64,000 nucleotides of DNA, taken from positions 124,001 through 188,000 of the forward strand of contig BCIN01000005.1 of NCBI GenBank assembly GCA_039545335.1. The letters run 5' to 3'. The stretch is from Kondoa subrosea. Its lineage: Eukaryota. Numbering within the stretch: position 1 is the stretch's first letter; the number at the start of each line of letters is the position of its first letter. This document shows positions 63,833-64,000 of the stretch, piece by piece. Below the pieces are notes generated by a model that made no database searches, was not told where the DNA came from, and was given only the letters and a program-made list of their open reading frames with translations. Both the position numbers and the translations under genes were made by a program.

Positions 63833-64000
63833 TGGAAGAGTCAACAAAAATTTGGATGAGCGGGTTGCAAGGGCTCTGCTGCGATTGTCGCTGGTGGAAG
63901 AGGAGGGAGAAGATCAGGCAGAGGCTGCACCTAGACCTTCACCATTTCAGCTGCTCTTGTCTGCCTTTGTCGTGCTGCTGCATAGGTATACTTCCGATCA

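Noticed and set aside
1..64000. Further tRNA, snRNA, rRNA genes or CRISPR arrays
   Set aside because: A by-eye scan for T-loop (GTTCRA) cloverleafs and U1/U2/U5/U6 signature motifs found nothing else convincing, though intron-split ncRNAs could have been missed. CRISPR does not apply to this eukaryotic DNA.

Overview
Eukaryotic DNA: a compact, intron-dense fungal genome, most likely a basidiomycete yeast (possibly Pucciniomycotina; this is inferred from gene structure and protein style). Introns are mostly 45-65 nt GT-AG. About 26 spliced protein-coding loci can be reconstructed by hand: VPS34 (partial), a GST, a BVMO/FMO monooxygenase, RMI1, COX11, a PAS/GATA factor, TCD, SUP35/eRF3, a DUF6534-like membrane protein, a GNAT, a secreted His1 LPMO-like protein, a P4-ATPase flippase, PAM17, NUR1/Mug154-like, COG1-like, an RCO1-like double-PHD protein, a formin, VMA8, GCV2, QTRT2-like, an F-box protein, NAT5/NAA50-like, ELF1 and several orphans. 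The standout is a tRNA-Leu(AAG) gene (14656-14797, minus). It carries a normal 14-nt anticodon-loop intron and also a 50-nt spliceosomal-type intron (GTAAGT...CTCAT...CAG) inserted exactly between tRNA positions 13 and 14, splitting the Pol III A box. Second, a ~2-kb orphan gene occurs as two inverted copies (~6.5-8.5 kb and ~58.5-60.5 kb) bracketing ~50 kb, with a centrally homogenised tract. All exon models and family calls were made by eye, with no database search.
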